Notes: generated by a model not told the origin, from the sequence alone. A stretch of DNA of 64,000 bases from Alphaproteobacteria bacterium (GCA_964291675.2 OZ219866.1:1664001-1728000), one strand, 5' to 3'; positions 21,884-31,618 are shown, counted from the stretch's first letter. Numbers and translations are program-made.

Positions 21884-23301
21884 AGCGCCACCGGGTCGAT
21901 CTCTGCGTCATCGGGGCCGGCTCGGGCGGGCTCAGCGTCGCCGCCGGCGCCTCCCAGATGGGCGCTTCGGTGGTGCTTGTCGAGCGCGACCGGATGGGCG
22001 GGGATTGCCTCAATGTCGGCTGCGTGCCGTCCAAGGCGCTGATCGCCGCCGCCGGTGCGGCCGAGGCCGCCCGCGGCGCCGGGAGGTTCGGCGTCCGCCT
22101 GGCGGCGCCCGAGATCGATTTCGCCGCGGTCCACCGACACGTTCACGGCGTGATCGCGGCGATCGCGCCGCACGATTCGGTGGAGCGCTTCGAGGCGCTC
22201 GGCGTCACCGTCATCCAGGAGCACGGCCGGTTCACCGGACCGCGGAGCGTGGTCGCCGGCGAGCACGAGATCGAGGCGCGGCGCTTCGTCATCGCCACCG
22301 GCTCGCGTCCCGCCGCGCCGCCGATCCCGGGGCTGGAGGACGTTTCCTATCTGACCAACGAGACGGTGTTCGAGCGCACCCGCCTGCCGTCTCCCCTGAT
22401 CGTCATAGGCGGCGGTCCGATCGGTCTGGAGCTCGCCCAGGCGCACCGCCGGCTCGGCGCCGAGGTCACCGTGCTGGAGATGTTTGCAGCACTCGGCAAG
22501 GACGACCCGGAGCTCGCCGGGATCGTCACCGCACGACTGCGCCGGGAAGGCGTGGTCCTGCGCGAAGGGGTGGGGGTCAGCCGCGTCTCCGCTGCCGGGG
22601 ACGGGGTCGCCGTGGAAATCGAAGACGGCGGGCGCGTCGAGAAACTGATCGCCGCCGAACTGCTGGTCGCGGCGGGTCGGCGGCCGAATATCGACGACCT
22701 CGGACTGGAGGACGCGGGGATCGAGCGAAACCGGTCGGGCGTCGTGGTGGACGACAGGCTGAGGACCACCAACCGGCGGGTGTTCGTCGCGGGCGATGCG
22801 GCGGGCAAGCTCCAGTTCACCCATGTCGCCGCCTACCACGCCGGCATCATCATCCGTAACGCGCTGTTTCGCATTCCGGCACGGGTCGACGACCGCGCCG
22901 TTCCCTGGGTCACCTATACCGACCCGGAGCTCGCGCATGTCGGGATGACCGAGGCGGTCGCTCGCGAGCGCGCGGGCGATATCCGCGTGCTGCGGTTTCC
23001 GTTCGCCGAGAACGACCGCGCCTGGGCGGAGCGCGCCACCGAAGGCTTCGTCAAGGTGATCGCCTCCAGGAAGGGCAAGGTGCTCGGGGCAAGCATCGTC
23101 GGCGCCCATGCCGGCGAGCTGATCCAGACCTGGATCCTGCCGGTCGCGCAAGGGATGAACATCAAGCACGTTGCGGGGCTGATCTTGCCCTATCCGACGC
23201 TGGGCGAGGCCAACAAGCGGGCGGCGGGTTCGTACTTCGCGCCCACCCTGTTCGGCCCGCGGGTCCGGCGCGCCGTCCGTCTGCTCGCCCGCCTGGGATG
23301 A
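21880..23301 (+). CDS. Pyridine nucleotide-disulfide oxidoreductase (dihydrolipoamide dehydrogenase/MerA-like family)
   Basis: IGAGSGG, GGDCLNVGCVPSK, IGGGPIGLE, YTDPELA, PYPTLGE; GTG start overlaps upstream stop. Confidence 0.9.
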   Translation: MKRHRVDLCVIGAGSGGLSVAAGASQMGASVVLVERDRMGGDCLNVGCVPSKALIAAAGAAEAARGAGRFGVRLAAPEIDFAAVHRHVHGVIAAIAPHDSVERFEALGVTVIQEHGRFTGPRSVVAGEHEIEARRFVIATGSRPAAPPIPGLEDVSYLTNETVFERTRLPSPLIVIGGGPIGLELAQAHRRLGAEVTVLEMFAALGKDDPELAGIVTARLRREGVVLREGVGVSRVSAAGDGVAVEIEDGGRVEKLIAAELLVAAGRRPNIDDLGLEDAGIERNRSGVVVDDRLRTTNRRVFVAGDAAGKLQFTHVAAYHAGIIIRNALFRIPARVDDRAVPWVTYTDPELAHVGMTEAVARERAGDIRVLRFPFAENDRAWAERATEGFVKVIASRKGKVLGASIVGAHAGELIQTWILPVAQGMNIKHVAGLILPYPTLGEANKRAAGSYFAPTLFGPRVRRAVRLLARLG

Positions 23302-23457
23302 CCGGGACCACGCGGGACCCGCCCGGTGGCGCGGTGGCGCCGGGACCGGTCGGCGTACCGAAACCTCACTTGTGAGCTTGGCACAGATATATCATTAGTG
23401 ATATGCATCGCCGACCGGTTTGCGATGTCGATGGCGATATGAAGCGTGTAGCTTAGG

Positions 23458-24864
23458 ATGATGCCCACCCCCAAAGGTGGAGGCGCAAGGCTCGCGATGG
23501 GGCTGTCGGCGCGTTTGCTCGTGTTGACGATCTTCTTCGTGATGCTGAGCGAATTCCTGATCTATGCGCCTTCGATCGGCCGCTACCGTCTGGTCTACAT
23601 GCAGGAACGGATCGCGGCCGCCCATCTCGCCTCGATGGCGGCGGGCGCCCCGGTAAGCGGCACCCTGTCCCAGCGGTTCACCACGGAACTGCTCGACCGC
23701 GCTCGCTCGCGGCGCATCGTCGTCCGCGGCGCGTCCGACGCGGTGACGCTCGCCGGCGCCGCGCCGCTTGCGGTCGAGGCCGTGTACGATCTGCGGGAGG
23801 CGGCGTTCTTCCCCCTCATCTGGGAGGCGTTCCTCATCCTCGGGCGGGGCAGGAACCGGACGATCGAGGTGGTCGCTCCGTCTTCCAAGTCGCCCGACAT
23901 CCTGATCAGAACGGCGATCGACGAAGCGCCGATGCGAATGGAAATGTTCGACTACTCGGAGCGGATCCTGGCGCTCTCCATCATCATTTCGCTGATCACC
24001 GCGACGCTGGTCTATATCAGCCTCCAGCTTCTCTTCGTCCGCCCGATGCTCGGCATCACCGAGAGCATGATCGCCTTCCGTGCCGATCCGGAGGACGCGA
24101 GGCGCGTTGTCACGCCCGGCTCGCGGTCGGACGAGCTCGGGCGTGCCCGGCGCGAGCTGGCGGCGATGCAGGGCGCGTTGCGGCAGGCGCTGCGGCAGCG
24201 CTCGCGCCTTGCCGCGCTCGGCACCGCAGTTGCCAAGATCAATCACGACCTCCGCAACATACTGGCGAGCGCCCAGCTTGTGTCGGACCATATCCGCGTC
24301 AGCCCCGACCCCGGGGTGCGCAAGATCGCGCCGACGCTGCTCGGCGCGCTCGACCGGGCGATCAAGCTGTGCGGCGAGACCGTTGCCTTCGCGCATGAAG
24401 GCGACGTGCCGCCCTCCTATTCCCATTTCGATCTTCGCGCGCTGGTGTCGGAGGTCGGCACGGATCTGGCCGAGAGCAAACCGCCCGGCGCCGACTTCGC
24501 CTGCCACGTGCCGCGGGACCTCACCGTCGGCGCCGACCGCGAGCAGCTCCGCCGCGCGCTCACCAACCTCACGCTGAACTCCTTTCAGGCAAGAGCGGGG
24601 ATCGTGGGGATCGATGCCCGCCAGAGCGACGGCTCGGTTCTGATCACCGTGGCGGATGACGGTCCCGGCCTGTCCGAAGCGGTCCGCGAGCACCTGTTCG
24701 AGCCCTTCTCGGGATCGGGCCGGGCCGGCGGCACCGGGCTGGGGCTGTCGATCGCGCGCGACCTCATGCGCGGCCACGGGGGCGACATCCGCCTGGTCGA
24801 GACCGGCGAGGCCGGCACCGTCTTCGAGATCGAGCTGCCCGCGGAGACGTCCGCGCCACGCTGA
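23458..24864 (+). CDS. Sensor histidine kinase (2 TM segments, HAMP, HisKA, HATPase)
   Basis: KINHDLRN H-box, NLTLNS, DDGPG, GTGLGLSI. Confidence 0.92.
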   Translation: MMPTPKGGGARLAMGLSARLLVLTIFFVMLSEFLIYAPSIGRYRLVYMQERIAAAHLASMAAGAPVSGTLSQRFTTELLDRARSRRIVVRGASDAVTLAGAAPLAVEAVYDLREAAFFPLIWEAFLILGRGRNRTIEVVAPSSKSPDILIRTAIDEAPMRMEMFDYSERILALSIIISLITATLVYISLQLLFVRPMLGITESMIAFRADPEDARRVVTPGSRSDELGRARRELAAMQGALRQALRQRSRLAALGTAVAKINHDLRNILASAQLVSDHIRVSPDPGVRKIAPTLLGALDRAIKLCGETVAFAHEGDVPPSYSHFDLRALVSEVGTDLAESKPPGADFACHVPRDLTVGADREQLRRALTNLTLNSFQARAGIVGIDARQSDGSVLITVADDGPGLSEAVREHLFEPFSGSGRAGGTGLGLSIARDLMRGHGGDIRLVETGEAGTVFEIELPAETSAPR

Positions 24865-24968
24865 AGCGGAGCCCGAAATTCCCGCATCCGCCGGAGGGCC
24901 CGGACCGGCGGCGCCTGCGAGACTGCGCGGATCGCGCCCGTTGCGCCTGTCGGACGACAGGACCCGAG

Positions 24969-26243
24969 CTAACAGCCGAGACCCCGAGACATTTGGGCAT
25001 AGCTGGTGAGAGGGACCCCGCACATCCGATCCCGGTCCGATTTGTCGATGACGGGCCGGCTCATCAGTTCGAACATTTCGTCGAACTTGCGGAGCGCGGC
25101 GCAGCCCACCGCCTCGGGGTCGGCCGCGCTGCGGTGTCGGGGCCAGACACGATCGCGGGCGTGGCGCCAGAATTCGCTGTCGTACACCGAGCCGCAGGAA
25201 TAGTGCCAACCGACGAACAGGCCGTAGCAGAGTACATTGTCGACGAGAAATCGATTGACCACCGGCGCGTCGCGCTCGAGGTGCTCGATTCGACGGTTGA
25301 GACGCGTGTTGAGGACCATCCCGATCTGCAGCTGGGCGGACACGATCGCGGTTGCTTCGAGCGGCTCCATGAAGGCCGCTGCGTTGCCGATGCGAGCCAC
25401 AGCACCGTCATATATCTGGCGATGCACGAAATTCGGAAACGGAATGACCGAACGTTGTTCGAATTCCGATACGCCCTCGCTGTCGAGGAACGCATCGAAG
25501 TCCAATTCGACGTCATCGAGGCGGGATATATTGCGGTTGAAGATGTACCCGTAGGATGTGTGAACCGTGAGCGGAATGACGAAAATCCAGCCGTGGGGTC
25601 GGGCAACCGCACGGGTATAGGTGTGTTCGAGCGCCGGCCCGTCCTGCCGTTCTCTCATTATTGAGGGACAGCGGCGGATGACGGCCGTATCGGTCGGGAT
25701 GAAAGAAATATCGATATGCCGGTCGGGATCGGGTCTTCCGGGAAATCCCCTGGCATCGAAGACCAGATCGTAATGTTCCGGCGTCCGGCCCTCCAATTCC
25801 ACCAGCGCGCCGCCCTCCACTCGGGTGATATTGAGCACTTTCGCGTCGATGCGGCGTGCGCGCGTGCACTCGCGCAGCAGGGCTTCCATCAGATCGGCGG
25901 ACAGGTGGTAGGCGTAAGAAACGTGTTGCGGCGTGAAGTAGTGGGTGAAGTCCCGAGTGCGTCGGCCCCATCCCTCGAACGCAACACCGTATTTGCGCGT
26001 TCCGTTCAAGCGTTGCTGGACGGTTTCATGGGGCAGATCCGTCAGCTGCTGCAATTGCCGGACCAGGCTCGGCCAACTCCCTTCGCCCACCCCGATGACC
26101 GGAATGCGCGAGTCGTAGATGTGGTGCAGCTCGTGGTCGCTGTCCGGGTGAAGCCGGCTTACGCTGGCGGCCGCCAGGGATCCCGCGGTGCCTCGCCCGA
26201 CGACCGCGATCTTCCGTAGCGATTCACTGCCCGGCTGTATCAT
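24969..26243 (-). CDS. Flavin-dependent tryptophan halogenase family; probable peptidyl-Trp brominase (SrpI-like)
   Basis: GRGTAG, IGVGEGS, TRKYG (catalytic Lys), GWIFVIP (WxWxIP variant), FMEPLEATAI; in a cluster whose precursor ends in Trp. Confidence 0.88.
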   Translation of the reverse strand: MIQPGSESLRKIAVVGRGTAGSLAAASVSRLHPDSDHELHHIYDSRIPVIGVGEGSWPSLVRQLQQLTDLPHETVQQRLNGTRKYGVAFEGWGRRTRDFTHYFTPQHVSYAYHLSADLMEALLRECTRARRIDAKVLNITRVEGGALVELEGRTPEHYDLVFDARGFPGRPDPDRHIDISFIPTDTAVIRRCPSIMRERQDGPALEHTYTRAVARPHGWIFVIPLTVHTSYGYIFNRNISRLDDVELDFDAFLDSEGVSEFEQRSVIPFPNFVHRQIYDGAVARIGNAAAFMEPLEATAIVSAQLQIGMVLNTRLNRRIEHLERDAPVVNRFLVDNVLCYGLFVGWHYSCGSVYDSEFWRHARDRVWPRHRSAADPEAVGCAALRKFDEMFELMSRPVIDKSDRDRMCGVPLTSYAQMSRGLGC

Positions 26244-26393
26244 GCCACATGACTCCCGCCGGGACGGTCCGTCATCCCGCGCTGGAACGCCCATGTACAC
26301 CGTGGACGCAACAGGCTACCACATCGCCGGCGCCGTCGCCCGTTCTCACCGCGCCGACAGCCTGTCCCGGCGAGGTCGGCCGGCGAAGCTCCG

Positions 26394-27281
26394 TCAGCGT
26401 GCGCGCAGAAGTGCGGATCGGGTGAACTGACTGTCGTCGAGACCGGTGCGGAACCGAAAATCGGTCCACTTCAGCACCGTGCTCGCACCGGTCAGGTGAT
26501 TTACCATCTTCTGTTCTTCCGCCCTCCAGTAGCGGTCCAGATATTGCCGGTAGTTCGCGAGAGTTAGCGTCTTCAGGTGCGAGCCCCTCCGGTCGTACAG
26601 GTCCATTCTCCAGGTTCGCAGCTCGCCCGTGTCCTGCCAGACCACCTTGCGGCTGTATCCGGACCTCTTGTCCAGGGGAACCTGCTCGATAACCGTGCAC
26701 GTGAGTTCGCCGCAGGGCTCGTCACGCAGATACTTGTAGGCGTATTCCTCGACCTCCGGAGAGCTCATGTCCTCGTATGAAAACTCGCTTCCCATGAAAG
26801 ACCCCGAACGCCGCGCGGCGCTGATGCGCTTCACCCTTTTCAGGGCGGGCAGATACAGCCACTGGTCGTCCGGGGTGTTGATGTGGGCGTGGGTCAAGAG
26901 GGCGGTTCCCCGCACGTGTCGCGGCTGATCGAACACGAACAGGCTCTTGTCGCCATCTCCCGGCACCTCGAGCACGTTGAAACGCATCTGGCGGACGCTC
27001 TCCCGACCCTGCCGGTCGCGCAGCACCATCGTCATTCCAGCGGTGAAATCCCGGAAGCCGTCGTTGCGGGCGCTGGCTTCGCGCGCAAGCCGCAGACCCT
27101 TCTCCTCCGGCGTTTCCGCCAGCGCAATGACATCTGCACCCGGCGAACAGAAGCAAGCCAGCGCGAAGACCAGCGCACCGAGGAACGCCCGTCGTACGTG
27201 TGGAATGCCCTTCGCCCTGCCTCGGTCCTCAAGCGCTTTCCTGACGAATTCGTGATCTCCGCACATCCACACAGGTCCCAT
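26394..27281 (-). CDS. Outer-membrane lipoprotein-sorting protein (LolA-like)
   Basis: DDQWLYLPALKRVKRI, SFMGSEFSYEDM, YDRRGSHLKTL; signal-peptide-like segment; true start probably downstream of 27281. Confidence 0.85.
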   Translation of the reverse strand: MGPVWMCGDHEFVRKALEDRGRAKGIPHVRRAFLGALVFALACFCSPGADVIALAETPEEKGLRLAREASARNDGFRDFTAGMTMVLRDRQGRESVRQMRFNVLEVPGDGDKSLFVFDQPRHVRGTALLTHAHINTPDDQWLYLPALKRVKRISAARRSGSFMGSEFSYEDMSSPEVEEYAYKYLRDEPCGELTCTVIEQVPLDKRSGYSRKVVWQDTGELRTWRMDLYDRRGSHLKTLTLANYRQYLDRYWRAEEQKMVNHLTGASTVLKWTDFRFRTGLDDSQFTRSALLRAR

Positions 27282-27675
27282 GATCGCAAAAGGACATTGT
27301 ACTTTGATTCCCGCAAACGGGAGAAGTCAAAGCTTGACTGGCAATCCCGTCGGTGGGACACGAGACGGCCAAGCCCGTTCCGCGCCGAAAAGAGATCGAC
27401 TGTAGACCCCCGAACGCGAGCCCGCCCCGTCATGTTGGCCGCGCGCCTCACGACGCAGCGGCGCCGAGCGCGAAAGAACGCGCCGTTCCCGCCGGGGCTA
27501 CGCACGCGTTGCGCGCCCTCTGCCTCTCCAACAAATCGGAACGGCACTTGGCGAGGCAAGAGATTTAATCTCCCTGCCTCAAGTCTTTTTGCAGCCTTCC
27601 GTTTCATGCCTCGCGTGCGCAACAAAGAATATAGGATCGGCTCTCCAAGCAACAAAAGTCTAATTGCTCGCTGAC

Positions 27676-27704
27676 TTGACCTTGCGACGCCACCGTGTTA
27701 GCCC
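27676..27704 (+). promoter_or_regulatory. Putative promoter for the precursor gene
   Basis: TTGACC-N17-TAGCCC in an AT-rich divergent intergenic region; RBS AAGGAGG at 27744-27750. Confidence 0.4.
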
Positions 27705-27756
27705 TATCTCTCGACATGTCGGCGTAGCTGTGCGTGCAAAGCAAAGGAGGATTGCC

Positions 27757-28008
27757 ATGAGAAGTGGCGATGAGATGCTGCAACAGATTGTTGAGAAATC
27801 CGCCATGGACGCGGGTTTCAGGCAACAGCTTCTCGAAGACCCCAAGACTACCATCAGCGAAGAATTGGGCATCACCATTCCCGATTCGATGACCATCAAG
27901 GTCCATGAGAGCGACATGCAGACGGTGCATCTCGCCTTGCCGCCGGATCCGAACATCACCGAGGAGCAGCTCGAAGCCATCTCGGCCGGTCTTTGCTGCT
28001 GCTGGTAA
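27757..28008 (+). CDS. Proteusin/NHLP-family RiPP precursor, 78-aa leader plus core LCCCW (SrpE-like)
   Basis: DAGFRQQLLEDPK, KVHE, HLALPP, ITEEQLEAISAG double-glycine-type site, then LCCCW*; strong RBS. Confidence 0.95.
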   Translation: MRSGDEMLQQIVEKSAMDAGFRQQLLEDPKTTISEELGITIPDSMTIKVHESDMQTVHLALPPDPNITEEQLEAISAGLCCCW

Positions 28009-28082
28009 AGCCGATCGCCTGCGAGCATGCGATCGGGACGCGGAACGAGGCCGATCCGCGATCTCGCGTCGCCCGAACTGAC

Positions 28083-28110
28083 CCACCCGACTCCGACCGG
28101 AGTCGGGTGG
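28083..28110. terminator. Hairpin between convergent precursor and tailoring genes
   Basis: Perfect 12-bp stem CCACCCGACTCC-GACC-GGAGTCGGGTGG; second hairpin CCGATCGC..GCGATCGG near 28011-28036. Confidence 0.65.
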
Positions 28111-28139
28111 CTGTTCTGGCACGTCGATACGGGCCGACA

Positions 28140-29258
28140 TTACTGGGGGACCGCTCCGGAGAGCACCATGAACACGTAGGCCTTGGCTCTTCGGAGCCGA
28201 TTTTCGGAGATCACCAGTTTGATGTGGTGGATGCCCCGTAGCAGTACATAGCGCCCGGACTTCGCAAACAGCGTCGTCGGTTTTGCGACCCAGTCGGCAA
28301 GCGCCGTGAGCTTCTGCGGAACGACAAATTCCTCATGGCTCATCGCTTCCAAGAGCGGATCCCAATCGGTCGGGCCGTCGAGCCAATAGCGTGGATCTTT
28401 CGTGTATCTCTGCTTGACGATGAATGTAAGGCCCAGCGTCGGGCCCACCCCGTCTTCGCGCACGTCAATGTTCGCTCCGGTCCTGACAATATTCACGCGT
28501 TTCCTGAATCGTTCGATTACCGAGTGGACGGCCGAGATCTGGCCCGGCCAGCCCGTATCTTCGAGATATGAACATATGTCCTTCCGCGATTTGAAGCCCA
28601 TGACGGCCAGGCGGATCGCTCGCGAGCGAGAGGGGAATACGCCGAACGAATCCATGCGGGTATCTTCCGGCTGAGCCAGGTAAACCCTTTCGACGTTCTG
28701 CCGCTCGGCAGGGGTCGTCTCCCAGCCCACGCAGGCAAGGAGCGCGTCGACCACCATCGCCGCATCGGTCTCCTGACGGCGGGCGCCGACAATCGCGCGT
28801 TCCCCGGGCCGCAGGAACATCGCCGGAAGGGAAATTTCATCCTGCCGCGCAGAGCCGATGTCGTATTCCAGCATCAACTTGCGGCCGACGATGTCACGCA
28901 GGGGCGAAACTTCGGTGTCCATCCGTTCGAACAGCCGCACGATCGCTTTCGCGGTCTCATCGGTCCGGTCGGTCCGCGCGCGTTCCTCAAAAAACGTCGC
29001 CGTCCTGGTTCCGCTCGCCAGCGAGGCCCCGAAATCCGCCTCCGGACTGCGCGCGTGCAGCGGCAGTTCGAAGCCGAACGGAAGAGCGCCCATCGTGATC
29101 GGAAGTCTTCCGGCGCATTCGAGCACCCGCTGCCATTCCGGATCTCCGATGAGGTTTGGTGAAATCCTGTTGCGAAAGTGCCCGAGCAGGTCGCCCATGG
29201 TGCCGCCTTCTTCGGCCAGGCGGTCCTGGGTGAGCGTGATTGCCTTGTCGATGTCCAT
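28140..29258 (-). CDS. Hypothetical RiPP tailoring protein; candidate ABBA-like prenyltransferase
   Basis: 372 aa, soluble, directly downstream of YcaO; FGFELPL..EADF, LMLEYD, HHIKL..AKAY motifs; function is inference. Confidence 0.5.
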   Translation of the reverse strand: MDIDKAITLTQDRLAEEGGTMGDLLGHFRNRISPNLIGDPEWQRVLECAGRLPITMGALPFGFELPLHARSPEADFGASLASGTRTATFFEERARTDRTDETAKAIVRLFERMDTEVSPLRDIVGRKLMLEYDIGSARQDEISLPAMFLRPGERAIVGARRQETDAAMVVDALLACVGWETTPAERQNVERVYLAQPEDTRMDSFGVFPSRSRAIRLAVMGFKSRKDICSYLEDTGWPGQISAVHSVIERFRKRVNIVRTGANIDVREDGVGPTLGLTFIVKQRYTKDPRYWLDGPTDWDPLLEAMSHEEFVVPQKLTALADWVAKPTTLFAKSGRYVLLRGIHHIKLVISENRLRRAKAYVFMVLSGAVPQ

Positions 29259-29267
29259 ATTCCCCCC

Positions 29268-31586
29268 TCACGCCACGACGGGTGCGGGATTGAGGTCGGC
29301 TTCGGCGAGAGGACGCTTGCGCCGGCCCATGCCGACGGGCACGTCGTACAGGCGCCCGGGCGCGAATCTCGCCCAAAAATGGCGCATGCCCGGCACGATC
29401 ACCCGCGCCACGGGCATGCCGATATCGGGCCGGGTCTGATCCAGCACCAGGAACTCCATGCCCCTGGCTTCGACGAGCGCGCGGCAGGTCTCCACGTCTT
29501 CCCGCGTGTCCGTCGACTCGATCACCGGATACTGCGAAGCCTTGCCGGGCGGGCTGTCTTCGGCCGGCGCCAGCCATGGGCATTCGGCGAGACGAGCGGT
29601 GTTCCACCACCAGAGCGCCAGCGGATCGTCGATCATCGGTCGGCCGTCGCCCCTCGCGGGACGTGGCAACCAGGTGAGGCACTGGTTCAATTCGCAGATC
29701 GCCCGCAGGGCCGCTATGCGCGGGTCGGCGTGGGCCCCGGCGCCGTAGATGATGTCCTCGGTTTCGGCGTTCGGTCGGCGCGAGAGCGCCACGAATGTCG
29801 GGATGCCGATGTCTGAGGTTGCATCCAGCATCCACAGGTCCCGTTCGCGCCGGGCGTAGTACTCCGGCGCCGATCCGAGGTACTCGTCGTCGAAACCGGG
29901 AAGATCGACCGCCGGGAGCCGCAGCCGGTTGTACCACCAGATGGCGAACGCATCGCGTTCCGCCAGCTCGTAGAAGCCTTGCAGGATGGCTTCTTCCAAC
30001 GTGTTGCCCGCCGCGCAGCCATTGGAGTCGGCGATCAGGTCGGTAGGGCCGCGCAGCTCGCCGGGCATGCTGTACAGCATCGACGTCGGCAGATAGCGAT
30101 GCCGCTGCTGCGTCAGCGACCACACCGGCGTCCAGTCGATTTCGGCGTCCGGGTCGAAACGCCGCGGCACGACATTGTAGGGGTGGCCTCTCGCGTTGAT
30201 GCTCTTCGCGTTGTCGAGCTGACGGTCGCTGAACAGCTGCGCGTCGTTCGGATGGATGGCCTCGTCCCCGACGGCGAGCTCGACGAACCGCTTGCGGATG
30301 CGGATCTCGTCTCCGTGGCGAGCGCCGGAATGGCGCTCCACCGCCTCGCAGAGCGCGCTGACCCTGGATTGCTCCGATGTGCTGCCCTTGCCGGCGCTGT
30401 TGCTGCGCAGGCTGCGCCTGAGCGAGCTCAGGCTCCGGCTTCTGGCACCGAGATTGCTTCCGGCCCAATGGACGTGCAGCCAGGCGTCGGTCTCGTCCGT
30501 GGTGCGCGTGAGCCAGGTTACGACACCGCTGACCGGGCTCACCAAATGGCGGTATTTGGCCAGGGTGACTTCCGGCGCAACCGAGCGCGCGCCGCCGCTG
30601 TTGCGATGGGTCTTGGGGCTCGTTTCAAGCCTCAACGGAACCGGCGCTCGATCCGGCCGATGCAACGCTTCGTCGCCACAGGCAAGGCATTGCGGCCGGC
30701 GCATAACCCGATGATGCGACGTCGCGAATGTGCCGGTATTCATCGCGATCGCGTGCTCGTGAATCGCGGCCGCCTCTTCCAGCACCAGCCACTTGACGAT
30801 CTCCGCCGCGATCAGCCCGTACAGCGCGTCCAGCAATGCGGGCTGAGACGCGAACGGCCTGAAGGCGGCCTCCTCGCCGGCAAGGTTGCGCAGAAAACCG
30901 TGGACTTCCTGATGGCTGCGCAGGCGGTGCGCCAGGCAGTCCCAGCAAGGCCCCCGATCGCCCGCGCGAAAGATCGGGCCGAACAACGACTCCATGCCGC
31001 GCGGCCGCACCAGCGTCCATGGCACTCTCGTCTCGATCCGGCGCCGGTTCTCGTCCGCGAGGCGCGCTTCGAGGTAATCTTCGCAGACGATGACCGTGAG
31101 TTCGGGACCGGCAGCCGCCACGCTGGCGCCGCTGTCCGCCAGATGCCGGGACAGGCTTCCGTCGTCGCCCTCGACCGCCACGCGCGCTTCCGCCAGACGT
31201 CGTTCGACCCAGCGCGGCGATGCACCGAGCGACGACCAGTAGGCCGCCCGGCATCGGTCCATGCCATGATCGGCCGAGACGACGTAGCCCTTGGCCGAGA
31301 GCGCAGCGATGGCGGCGAGAACATCGGCCGCGGGATGGGCGTCCTGGAGGGAAGCGACGATCTCGTCCAGCCTGTGCCGACCGTCGAGCAGCGGCAGCAG
31401 ATCACGATTCAGCGCTCCGTGGAGCAGGGTGTTGAACGATTCGGAGACCAGAAGGGTCTGCTGTTCGCCGATATCGTGCACTTGAAAATGGGGGACCAGG
31501 GCGGGAAGCTGGACGAGGCCCTGGTCCTCCGGGGTCGCTTTGGTCAATATCCCCGGTCGGGGAGTCCGGGCGGTTTGAGTCGTCAT
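29268..31586 (-). CDS. Fused leader-binding/E1-like-YcaO cyclodehydratase (TOMM C-D fusion; SrpC-like)
   Basis: GPCWDCL, RRPQCLACG, LVSPVSGVV, SAGKG, CEAVER, SNGCAAG, ELAERDA, C-terminal LNPAPVVA. Confidence 0.93.
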   Translation of the reverse strand: MTTQTARTPRPGILTKATPEDQGLVQLPALVPHFQVHDIGEQQTLLVSESFNTLLHGALNRDLLPLLDGRHRLDEIVASLQDAHPAADVLAAIAALSAKGYVVSADHGMDRCRAAYWSSLGASPRWVERRLAEARVAVEGDDGSLSRHLADSGASVAAAGPELTVIVCEDYLEARLADENRRRIETRVPWTLVRPRGMESLFGPIFRAGDRGPCWDCLAHRLRSHQEVHGFLRNLAGEEAAFRPFASQPALLDALYGLIAAEIVKWLVLEEAAAIHEHAIAMNTGTFATSHHRVMRRPQCLACGDEALHRPDRAPVPLRLETSPKTHRNSGGARSVAPEVTLAKYRHLVSPVSGVVTWLTRTTDETDAWLHVHWAGSNLGARSRSLSSLRRSLRSNSAGKGSTSEQSRVSALCEAVERHSGARHGDEIRIRKRFVELAVGDEAIHPNDAQLFSDRQLDNAKSINARGHPYNVVPRRFDPDAEIDWTPVWSLTQQRHRYLPTSMLYSMPGELRGPTDLIADSNGCAAGNTLEEAILQGFYELAERDAFAIWWYNRLRLPAVDLPGFDDEYLGSAPEYYARRERDLWMLDATSDIGIPTFVALSRRPNAETEDIIYGAGAHADPRIAALRAICELNQCLTWLPRPARGDGRPMIDDPLALWWWNTARLAECPWLAPAEDSPPGKASQYPVIESTDTREDVETCRALVEARGMEFLVLDQTRPDIGMPVARVIVPGMRHFWARFAPGRLYDVPVGMGRRKRPLAEADLNPAPVVA

Positions 31587-31618
31587 CTGGGATTTCCGCG
31601 CCGGATCGGCCGCGACCT

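Noticed and set aside
21880-23301. Mercuric reductase merA
   Set aside because: No C-terminal Cys-Cys pair, no N-terminal metal-binding domain and no mer genes; generic disulfide oxidoreductase.
27664-27756. Longer 114-aa version of the precursor
   Set aside because: The RBS AAGGAGG directly precedes ATG 27757, and NHLP similarity begins there.
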